Origin: a virus
Virus record (IMG/VR): IMGVR_UViG_3300027733_000039
Span: 1-64,000 of that record
Strand: one strand, 5' to 3'
DNA length: 64,000 bases
The position numbers were made by a program, and so were the translations under genes. Numbering within the stretch: the stretch's first letter is position 1; every line of letters starts with the position of its first letter. Shown here one piece after another: positions 28,557 through 35,604 of this stretch. The notes beneath the pieces are model-generated. The model was not told the DNA's origin, ran no database searches, and saw only the letters and a program-made list of their open reading frames with translations.

Positions 28557-28638
28557 GATGGTGTACCTCCATGAGGACAGAGGCACCCCGATAGTCGCTA
28601 CTGGCGCCGACCATGATGGCGCCGAGCGCCAATGATCA
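28557..28638 (-). ncRNA. Reduced type-B element plus a relic SD hairpin with no ORF
   Basis: TGATCAT-TGGCGC...GCGCCA-GTAG-CGA(CTA)TCG, then GTCCTCATGGAGGTACACCATC. Confidence 0.55.
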
Positions 28639-30165
28639 ACCGCCGTTACCGACAATCCCATCAATGAGTGACTGGGTGATGCTTCCACCCTCGGCACCCA
28701 TGTCCTCACCGTATCCCGTTAGTACTGCGGATACCGCTTCGTGCTTTGCATTCAACAATGCCCACATACGATCATCAATCGTAGGTGTCGCATCGCTGTT
28801 GCTGTCTACAGCCAAGAGCCACCACGCCACGACAGAGTTGACCTGTCCAATGCGGTGTGCTCTATCTTCCGCCTGTGTGGCGGACGATGGTGTCCACGGC
28901 ACCTCAGCCATCACGACATGGGACGCACTCGTAAGAGTGAGACCCACACCAGCGCTGTCGTAGTTGCCGATGAACACCTTGGCGTCACCTGTCATGAAGT
29001 CATCTACTGACTTCTGCTTCTCAGCATCACTCATGCCACCGACTACCTTGACCACTCCGTGCTGTTGTAATGCATCGGAGAGACCACTGATGACATCCCT
29101 GTGATGACCGAACACGATGACCTTCTCGCCTTGAGCGACAAGTTCTTCTACATGCTCAACCACATAGGGGATCTTTGCGATACCGAGTTGGTGACGTAGT
29201 GCATTGAGCCGTGTGATGACCTCTGCTTTGGATGCCTTCTGCCATGCTTCAACACCGCCATTGGCGATGACAAAGTCACGGAAGTCATTCTCAGCATGTC
29301 GGTATGCCTTGAGGTCAGTCTCGCTGATCTCTACAGCAACCTGCGCACGGCGCTTGGCTGGGAGTTCCGTCAACACATCTGTTTTGTTACGCCTCACATA
29401 GCAGGTGCCACGCAATTTGTCATTCAATTCAGTTGTGTTAGTCGCTCCGTTGTACACATAACCCCAACCATTGTGGATGGGTTCGCAGTAACGAAAGAGG
29501 AACGCTGACTTGCCACCGAACACTCGGTCAAGTCTGCCAATCAATGACAGAGGTGACACCAGTTCGTTGGGTCTGTTCACGATGATCGTGCCCGAGAGCA
29601 ACAGCACATACCCTTCAGTCGGAATTGACTTTGCGATGTATGCCACGCCCTTGGTGCGTCCACTCTTAGCGCTCTTCAAGCGATGTGCTTCATCAACGAT
29701 GAGGCAACCAAACTTACCCGTGAACTTCATTGCCCATGCATTGATGATTGAGTCACCAACGATCACGACATCAGTTTGAGGTAGAGCGCCAACCTTGTTG
29801 CCCTTCACGATGGCTACAGTGAGCCATGGTGCGAACATCTTCAGCGAGCGCTCCCAGTTTGTGCGAAGAGATGCAGGTACAACGATGAGGACTTTGTGCC
29901 CTTCGTTGTGCGCATTCACTGCGACTGCGATTGCTTGTGGAGTCTTACCGAGACCCATCTCGTCACCCAAAATACAACGCTTCTGCTTGATCGCATAAGC
30001 GACACCAGCACGCTGGAATGGATAGAGAGGCTCGGCGAGGTCTACAAGGGTCTCGCTGTCATGTGCACTGCTCAGAGCATGTAATGAAGCGTCAGGCAAA
30101 ATTGCTGGCGCCACACGATCAAGCCCCGAGAGTAACGCACTCAGTTCTTCTAATTGTGTATTCAT
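28636..30165 (-). CDS. SNF2-family helicase (SMARCAL1/HARP-like)
   Basis: LYPFQRAGV, GDEMGLGKT, VDEAH, LSGT, GVGLTLT, QAEDRAHRIGQ. Confidence 0.92.
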   Translation of the reverse strand: MNTQLEELSALLSGLDRVAPAILPDASLHALSSAHDSETLVDLAEPLYPFQRAGVAYAIKQKRCILGDEMGLGKTPQAIAVAVNAHNEGHKVLIVVPASLRTNWERSLKMFAPWLTVAIVKGNKVGALPQTDVVIVGDSIINAWAMKFTGKFGCLIVDEAHRLKSAKSGRTKGVAYIAKSIPTEGYVLLLSGTIIVNRPNELVSPLSLIGRLDRVFGGKSAFLFRYCEPIHNGWGYVYNGATNTTELNDKLRGTCYVRRNKTDVLTELPAKRRAQVAVEISETDLKAYRHAENDFRDFVIANGGVEAWQKASKAEVITRLNALRHQLGIAKIPYVVEHVEELVAQGEKVIVFGHHRDVISGLSDALQQHGVVKVVGGMSDAEKQKSVDDFMTGDAKVFIGNYDSAGVGLTLTSASHVVMAEVPWTPSSATQAEDRAHRIGQVNSVVAWWLLAVDSNSDATPTIDDRMWALLNAKHEAVSAVLTGYGEDMGAEGGSITQSLIDGIVGNGG

Positions 30166-30170
30166 GGTTA

Positions 30171-30262
30171 TACCTCCTCAGGTAATTGTTATGGACTTGC
30201 GTCCTCACAGCACACGAGCATACCCGTGTACTGTGAGCACGCCACACCGTGAGGTGTGACGC
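30171..30262 (-). ncRNA. Cassette leader L4: type-A element + SD hairpin
   Basis: P1 GCGTCACACC-TCAC-GGTGTGGCGT; P2 CTCACAGTACACGGG/CTCGTGTGCTGTGAG; P3 GGAC-GCAA-GTCC; TACCT-GAGG-AGGTA. Confidence 0.8.
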
Positions 30263-30269
30263 CCTCGGG

Positions 30270-30995
30270 CTAGAAGCCCAACCTGCTTGCGCAGTCATTG
30301 CCGATGCCACGCTTGCGTGTCACCTCATCAGTGAGATGCCGACCGCACGCACCACACTGTCCAATCTCTTGACCGAACAGCGCCTGTGCTTGCTTACGAC
30401 CCTCGTCCGTGAGACCTGCAATGCGCTTGATCGCATGCAGAGCACGCTCACCCGACAACTTTGCATCCTTGTGACCACCAACGACCATGTAAATGCTTCG
30501 CTGACCCTTCATGGAAGGATTATGGAAGCCCTTGTTGGTCTTGATGGCGTAGAACACGAGGTCATTGGTGCCCGATGATGTCATCGCATAGAAGCCATCA
30601 GCAATGGTGCCGAAGGATTCATTGGTCAACTTGTCGGGGACGATAGCGCTCTCCGCAGAGCAGTCACCTTGCTTGTGGTAGGTAGCCCACTTGCCTGCAT
30701 TGAGCAATGCGTGACCAGTACCTGTCCGCACTGGATGCCCACAGAGGGCACACGGGTTGGCGTACTTGTTTACGATGATGCGCTCTGCTTTGGGCAAGTG
30801 ATCTGTGCCCACACGCTTGACTTCAATCTTGCGAATGGCGTCAATGGCGAATGATGCTGACTTGGCAGTGAGTTCATTGAGTGTGTTATCGGTGATGTAC
30901 TGATCCACTTGCTCTTCGTTGAGACCAAGTGTTGAAGCACGCTCCAATAACAGCGTCTTAATGAACGCCTGTTGCTTTGGTGTTATTGCACCCAT
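30270..30995 (-). CDS. DUF6011-like Zn-finger protein
   Basis: TPKQQAFI N-terminus, NKY..PC..CG, C-terminal CGACGRHLTDEVTRKRGIGNDC. Confidence 0.75.
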   Translation of the reverse strand: MGAITPKQQAFIKTLLLERASTLGLNEEQVDQYITDNTLNELTAKSASFAIDAIRKIEVKRVGTDHLPKAERIIVNKYANPCALCGHPVRTGTGHALLNAGKWATYHKQGDCSAESAIVPDKLTNESFGTIADGFYAMTSSGTNDLVFYAIKTNKGFHNPSMKGQRSIYMVVGGHKDAKLSGERALHAIKRIAGLTDEGRKQAQALFGQEIGQCGACGRHLTDEVTRKRGIGNDCASRLGF

Positions 30996-30999
30996 GGTG

Positions 31000-31112
31000 A
31001 GAACCTCCTCAGATTCTGTTTTGTATGTGTAGGTGGACTTGCGTCCTCGTGATGCATCAGTTGGGGGAACCGATGTACCACGAGCACGCCACGACTCACG
31101 CCGTGACTGCCC
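31000..31112 (-). ncRNA. Cassette leader L5: type-A element + SD hairpin
   Basis: P1 GTCACGGC-GTGA-GTCGTGGC; P2 CTCGTGGTACATCGGTT/AACTGATGCATCACGAG; P3 GGAC-GCAA-GTCC; AGAATCT-GAGG-AGGTTCT. Confidence 0.8.
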
Positions 31113-31124
31113 ATTGCTGATTAC

Positions 31125-31379
31125 TCACGCATTGGCGAGTTGGGAAGTGATGTTTGCAATTGCTTGCCACAGCACTGTCTCCATGTCAACGGTGTCACTG
31201 ACGAACAGCGTGATCGTTGACTCCAACTTTGCGTAACCGAATGACTCTTTGTCCTGCTCCCACTGGGGACGGCTGAACGCCAAATCTTCGTACTCAATCA
31301 CGAGATCAATCGTCTTGAGACATGGGTTATCGGACTTCTCAATCCGTAACCCAGTTACTTTGTGAATACTTGCATCCAT
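31125..31379 (-). CDS. Hypothetical protein
   Basis: Single-gene cassette after L6. Confidence 0.7.
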   Translation of the reverse strand: MDASIHKVTGLRIEKSDNPCLKTIDLVIEYEDLAFSRPQWEQDKESFGYAKLESTITLFVSDTVDMETVLWQAIANITSQLANA

Positions 31380-31382
31380 GGT

Positions 31383-31483
31383 GCCTCCTCAGGCTTTGTT
31401 AGTTGGGCACATTGTATGCCCTCACAATGCACGAGCCAACGCCCATGCACTGTGAGGACACCACGAGTTCACACTCGTGATGC
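31383..31483 (-). ncRNA. Cassette leader L6: type-A element + SD hairpin
   Basis: P1 GCATCACGAGT-GTGA-ACTCGTGGTGT (the loop contains the upstream stop codon); P2 CTCACAGTGCATGGGC/GCTCGTGCATTGTGAG; P3 GGGCAT/GTGCCC; GCCT-GAGG-AGGC. Confidence 0.8.
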
Positions 31484-31945
31484 ATCGGTCAGCCTCCACT
31501 GACCTGATTGAAGTTGGAAACGCTCGTACAAGGTGTGCAGTAGTGATGCATGCTGTATTGAGATGTGATCTCGCACGATGTTCACGAACGCATGACGCCA
31601 GCACTCATTGTGCCCACGCTCGCCACATACAATGTGAGCAAGTTCGTGAGCCAGTGTGAGCACTGTCGTACTGGAGCCACTGATGCCGATGATACTTCGC
31701 TTCTCATCAGCGACACCTGCCCACTTGGTGGAGCGTATGCGATCAACCACGGGCGTATTCCAGCCCTCGGTCTCACACACACGATCCAGCCAAGCGTATG
31801 CATCCTTGGTGGCGATCACTTGCGATGGCAAGTAACGAGACACCACATGCTCTATTGCGTACACCGTGGCTTGATGCTCGGGCATCTTGGGAGAGCGCTT
31901 CTCAACGCTCCCCCGTACCTCGTCAATGTAGGCGTGAATGCTCAT
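31469..31945 (-). CDS. HExxH metallohydrolase (TIGR04338/SprT-like)
   Basis: VYAIE, LAHELAH...GH...W. Confidence 0.75.
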   Translation of the reverse strand: MSIHAYIDEVRGSVEKRSPKMPEHQATVYAIEHVVSRYLPSQVIATKDAYAWLDRVCETEGWNTPVVDRIRSTKWAGVADEKRSIIGISGSSTTVLTLAHELAHIVCGERGHNECWRHAFVNIVRDHISIQHASLLHTLYERFQLQSGQWRLTDASRV

Positions 31946-32631
31946 CGTCCGAGCGCTCCAGCGACACCGTTACCGATGCCACCACTGGAGAACGAAAGAC
32001 CAGCACTACGACCAGCCGAGTACCCACTGCCCGATGAATATCGGGAGTAGCCAGCAGACTTGAGCGATACTTTCGCACGCATCTCAGTGTCTGCACGCTT
32101 GAACTTGTCAGCGAGTACCAAACCAGTGCCAACACCTTGCTCTGCGATCACTTCGTTCTTGGACTTGGTCAACACTTCACGCACACCCGCCGAGAATCCC
32201 AGCCACCACGCACTGCGGAATGACCGATCACCCTTGGGGATCACACGAGAAGCGAGCAAGTCTGCCGATGCGAACAGCGTCCTGACAGCGAAGATGTCAC
32301 CTGCGGTGCCATACACCACCAGCGACAACACCTTCTTACCATCTTTCCACGATGTGGAGCGATAGCAAGCGACTGAGTTGGCTTTGGCGATCGCTCCAGC
32401 GAGTGCTAGACGGCGAAGTTGCCATTTGCCACCAACTTCAATGATGTTGGTCACGATGTTCTCATTGCGATCTTGAGCCTTGGCGAATGCGGACTCTTCA
32501 AGACCGTGCTTCATCATCAACTTCTGTGCCATGGCGAGAGCCGTTTCGGCTTCCGCTTGTGGCGTGTTGGGATGATTGGCACGATCAAGGATTGCCTGCA
32601 CCTTGTCATAGATTGCTTCTGATTTATTCAT
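31942..32631 (-). CDS. DUF2786-domain protein
   Basis: KVQAILDRA..PNTPQAEAETALAMAQKLMMKHGL; R.AWWLGF; SGYSAG. Confidence 0.85.
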   Translation of the reverse strand: MNKSEAIYDKVQAILDRANHPNTPQAEAETALAMAQKLMMKHGLEESAFAKAQDRNENIVTNIIEVGGKWQLRRLALAGAIAKANSVACYRSTSWKDGKKVLSLVVYGTAGDIFAVRTLFASADLLASRVIPKGDRSFRSAWWLGFSAGVREVLTKSKNEVIAEQGVGTGLVLADKFKRADTEMRAKVSLKSAGYSRYSSGSGYSAGRSAGLSFSSGGIGNGVAGALGR

Positions 32632-32635
32632 GGTT

Positions 32636-32736
32636 ATACCTCCTCAGGTATCTAGATTGGGCAAATGCCCACACTGATCACCGACTCACGCCGATGAACA
32701 CTGTGGGCACCACGAGATCGCTCCCGTGATGCTCCC
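32636..32736 (-). ncRNA. Cassette leader L7: type-A element + SD hairpin
   Basis: P1 GCATCACGGGA-GCGA-TCTCGTGGTGC; P2 CCACAGTGTTCATCGGC-GTGA-GTCGGTGATCAGTGTGG; P3 GGGCA/TGCCC; ATACCT-GAGG-AGGTAT. Confidence 0.8.
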
Positions 32737-32752
32737 GACTACCAGTCGCTGT

Positions 32753-33070
32753 TTACTCGCTGTCCTCCTCGTCCTCTTCCGAGTATCCCTCGGGCATTGA
32801 GATCGTAGGGAAGTACACGATGACCGAGTCACGACCCATGCTGTCCGAGCGCACACATCGGAGCAAGATCGTCCCGAGAGTTTGTGCGTTCGCATCAGCC
32901 AATTCAAGACCGAGAATCAAGAATGTTGAAGCCTCGTCCTCGGTCACAATGCCGAAGCACTGGTCTCCGTACATCGCACGACCCGAGTACTGCATGACAG
33001 TGCCCGCTTCGTGTTGATCCAGTATCTCGGTGATCAATTCAAGATCATCTACTGTTAGTTGATATGCCAT
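32753..33070 (-). CDS. Hypothetical protein
   Basis: YSGRAMYGDQCFG...DSMG...IVYFP; single-gene cassette. Confidence 0.75.
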   Translation of the reverse strand: MAYQLTVDDLELITEILDQHEAGTVMQYSGRAMYGDQCFGIVTEDEASTFLILGLELADANAQTLGTILLRCVRSDSMGRDSVIVYFPTISMPEGYSEEDEEDSE

Positions 33071-33073
33071 GGT

Positions 33074-33180
33074 GACCTCCTCAGGTCTGTTACTTGATTG
33101 GGCGAAATGCCCTCACGATGCACCGATCACTTGACCGATGCACCGTGAGGACATCACGAGGTTGCCCCCGTGATGCTCCC
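33074..33180 (-). ncRNA. Cassette leader L8: type-A element + SD hairpin
   Basis: P1 GCATCACGGGG-GCAA-CCTCGTGATGT; P2 CTCACGGTGCATCGGTC/GATCGGTGCATCGTGAG; P3 GGGC/GCCC; GACCT-GAGG-AGGTC. Confidence 0.8.
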
Positions 33181-33182
33181 GA

Positions 33183-33401
33183 TCACGCACTGTGATCAAC
33201 TGAATGGTCGTACCCCTCGGGGTACCACGCATCACCGCAGGTCGCACAGGTGTAGCCATCGGGGTATCCGATGTCCCACGCTTCAGCGAACTCCAGTGCC
33301 TTACCTTCTCGTAAGGCTTCTGCTTGGTAGTAGTCGGCGCACACAAGGCACACCAATTCTCTATCGTCCATCACTTGACCAATTACGACTATGTCCCTCA
33401 T
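33183..33401 (-). CDS. Small Zn-finger protein
   Basis: CLVC...CATCG; ATGA coupling. Confidence 0.6.
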   Translation of the reverse strand: MRDIVVIGQVMDDRELVCLVCADYYQAEALREGKALEFAEAWDIGYPDGYTCATCGDAWYPEGYDHSVDHSA

Positions 33402-33913
33402 GATGCACTCACCTTGAACTTGGCAACGATCGCCTCAAGTAGAGGCTCACCCTGTCGGGCAGTTGCCATGTCCACACCGAGCAGTGCCGAGACTTGCTCT
33501 ACGAGCGAGTCGTAGTGCGCATCTCGGTCACGCTCTTCGGTGAACGATTCCATCATGCGAATCTGCTCCTCTTCAAGGAACTCATTGAGCGACATCGTGG
33601 TGTAAACACCAGCGATGTCCTGCGGACGCAGTCGGTAGTTGAGACCACTGTTCACCTTCATTGATGGAAGGCGCTCAGGAATGATGTCACCGTTGTACTG
33701 CAATCCTTGTTGACGCCCACGATCTCTTGTGATCGTGCGACCTTTCAACTTGGTGACTTTGCGGGTCTTCGTAGATGAAGTCCTCCACGAGGTGCCCACC
33801 TCCACTTGCTCTTCAAGCACTTCGTCAATGATGAAGTACCCATTGAACTTGGCGCTCATGAAGACCGCTTCGGGACTGACACTCAGAATTGCTCTGATTT
33901 CATTTGCTTTCAT
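33398..33913 (-). CDS. Hypothetical protein
   Basis: Follows leader L9. Confidence 0.7.
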   Translation of the reverse strand: MKANEIRAILSVSPEAVFMSAKFNGYFIIDEVLEEQVEVGTSWRTSSTKTRKVTKLKGRTITRDRGRQQGLQYNGDIIPERLPSMKVNSGLNYRLRPQDIAGVYTTMSLNEFLEEEQIRMMESFTEERDRDAHYDSLVEQVSALLGVDMATARQGEPLLEAIVAKFKVSAS

Positions 33914-33917
33914 GGTT

Positions 33918-34011
33918 GACCTCCTCAGGTCTTATCGTCACGACACGGGATGTGTCGCTAGTCCCCAGTGCTCATTGAAGAGCCACGCCCTAGGCGCTGG
34001 GGGAATGATCA
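33918..34011 (-). ncRNA. Cassette leader L9: type-B (tRNA-elbow-like) element + SD hairpin
   Basis: TGATCAT-TCCCCCAG-CGCC(TAG)GGCG-TG-GCTC(TTCAAT)GAGC-A-CTGGGGA-CTAG-CGACAC(ATCCC)GTGTCG; GACCT-GAGG-AGGTC. Confidence 0.8.
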
Positions 34012-34527
34012 GCCGTATGTGACCTCACCGAGCAGGATGAACTGCACGATGGCATCAGCCACGATGGCGTCACAATCGCACTCAAACTCGTCAATGGCAT
34101 TCTCACCGAACAGGTAGCACCCTGCTAGAGCGCTCACTCGCTTGACTGGTAGTTGACCGTAGTCAGGCACGCTGTCCTGATTGAACTCACCCGTGCCGAT
34201 CTTCTCAATGAAGTCAGCAATGATGGACTCACTGATCACGAGTGGCGTGCCGAAGCGGTAGAACCCGCCCCAACCGTTGAAGCCATCGTCATCGGTCAAC
34301 TTCGCCAATTCGGCTTCGTCTTCCACCAATTCACACGCTTCCATGTCGTACAGAGTGACCGATGCGAAGTGTTCGTTGCCGTCCAATTCGCTTTCGCCCA
34401 GTTCCGTGCCCCATGTGTAGGTGCTGTTGGCAACCGCCCACGATGCGATCCCGTAGGAACCGCCCTCGTACGCAGTGCTCAGGATGCTTGCCCCGAGATT
34501 GAGTAGTTGTTGTCTTGTTGCTTTCAT
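34009..34527 (-). CDS. Hypothetical acidic protein
   Basis: TAYEGG...W; DAIVADAIVQ..LLGEVTYG C-terminus. Confidence 0.75.
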   Translation of the reverse strand: MKATRQQLLNLGASILSTAYEGGSYGIASWAVANSTYTWGTELGESELDGNEHFASVTLYDMEACELVEDEAELAKLTDDDGFNGWGGFYRFGTPLVISESIIADFIEKIGTGEFNQDSVPDYGQLPVKRVSALAGCYLFGENAIDEFECDCDAIVADAIVQFILLGEVTYG

Positions 34528-34530
34528 GGT

Positions 34531-34621
34531 GTGCCTCCTCAGGCATATTCACGACACTTGCGTGTCGCTAGTCCCCAGTACCGATTGAACGGTCACGCCT
34601 GAAGCGCTGGGGGATTGATCA
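34531..34621 (-). ncRNA. Cassette leader L10: type-B element + SD hairpin
   Basis: TGATCAA-TCCCCCAG-CGCT(TCA)GGCG-TG-ACCG(TTCAAT)CGGT-A-CTGGGGA-CTAG-CGACAC(GCAA)GTGTCG; ATGCCT-GAGG-AGGCAC. Confidence 0.8.
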
Positions 34622-34626
34622 CGCAC

Positions 34627-34863
34627 TCAGCCGATCGTGAGCAACGCTGACAGGTACGGCAACTTGACGCCCCTGTTGGCAAGTTCGCTTGCGCAGATCT
34701 CTGCGATTGCATCCTTGATGATCTCTGAGCGGGTGTTGAGACCGTCCGATTTCTTCAGAATGTGCAGGAGTTCTGCATCGCTAAGTGCCCGTACATCGGC
34801 GCTGTAGTGAGCGATGTATTGCTCTCGCTTGCGAATGTTTGCGGGTGTGTTCTTGTATGTCAT
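34627..34863 (-). CDS. Hypothetical protein, first gene of the leftward block
   Basis: Follows leader L11. Confidence 0.65.
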   Translation of the reverse strand: MTYKNTPANIRKREQYIAHYSADVRALSDAELLHILKKSDGLNTRSEIIKDAIAEICASELANRGVKLPYLSALLTIG

Positions 34864-34868
34864 GGTGT

Positions 34869-34993
34869 GTCCTCCTCAGGACTGCACTGGCAGTGAGCCA
34901 GTGGAGCGTGGTGCGCTCAATCAGGACTGGAGCGGGGGAGAACCTCCAGCCCTCATTGAGCGCCACGAGCAAGCCGAAGCAAGCCCGTGACGC
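34869..34993 (-). ncRNA. Cassette leader L11: type-A element + SD hairpin
   Basis: P1 GCGTCACGGGC/GCTCGTGGCGC; P2 CTCAATGAGGGCTGGAG/CTCCAGTCCTGATTGAG; P3 GAGCG/CGCTC; extra CACTGGC/GCCAGTG stem; GTCCT-GAGG-AGGAC. Confidence 0.75.
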
Positions 34994-35072
34994 TGAGGAA
35001 TTTATTGAACCATGTTTTGATTCTTCAGTTGTCAGGAGCGCATGAGCGCCAAGCCAAGCAATCGGCAGAACG

Positions 35073-35096
35073 ACAAAGAGCGACCCGAAGGTCGCT
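35073..35096 (-). terminator. UUCG hairpin with a weak U-tract in the leader of the leftward block
   Basis: AGCGACC-TTCG-GGTCGCT-CTTTGT. Confidence 0.45.
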
Positions 35097-35154
35097 TTCC
35101 GTGTGAGCCGATTGTCAAGGAACCTGCGAAGGAAGCGGTACCGCCTTCACAAAT

Positions 35155-35184
35155 AGTCTTCCACATGGAGGGTACATCTGTCAA
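35155..35184 (-). promoter_or_regulatory. Candidate early promoter for the leftward block
   Basis: TTGACA-18-AAGACT with a TGN extension and an AT-rich upstream tract. Confidence 0.45.
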
Positions 35185-35604
35185 TAGGCAATTGAATAAT
35201 TCTTGAGAATCTTTTGAGCCATGCCCCATGGGCTGGAGCGGGCTGGGGGCTGGAATATGGCGCCCCAAGCGACAGCCATCCATCGGATGGAGGAGGAGAT
35301 AGAGGCATTGGAGGGTAGATCAGGAGATGCCCTGAGAAGCGTCAGGATGCGCTGTGGTGCGATGTACAGCGATATGGAGCGATGGTGCAGTGGATAGCAA
35401 TACAGGCGATTGTGGGGTACGTTGTACACCTACCTATACCCCGCATCCCCTTACCCAGCAAGGGTTATAGCCCTATTCCTAAGCCACTTAGATGCCTCAG
35501 GATGCGTTTAAACGCTGAGAACGCCTCATTGTGCCAAAACGCCTCTGCGCCTCTTAGAACGGCTTAGGAAGCGAGGGCACATGGGTGGGCACCTTGTCAA
35601 CTAT

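Noticed and set aside
33941-34621. Type-B elements as tRNA genes
   Set aside because: Too short, no anticodon arm and no CCA; reported instead as tRNA-like motifs.
25814-34882. Plus-strand CCTCCTC as the L3 loop of HDV-like ribozymes, or minus-strand CTGAGGA as a hammerhead CUGANGA core
   Set aside because: I could not build the HDV pseudoknot or find a positioned GAAA. The motif always lies at SD distance from an ATG on the minus strand.
25814-34993. Repeated elements as a CRISPR array (a Cas4-like gene is in the window)
   Set aside because: Repeats are not identical, the spacers are whole genes of variable length, and there is no cas1/cas2. The Cas4-like nuclease sits in the phage recombination operon.
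25839-34993. Type-A elements as integron attC sites
   Set aside because: No paired RYYYAAC/GTTRRRY ends, multi-hairpin rather than single-stem folds, and no tyrosine integrase in the window.
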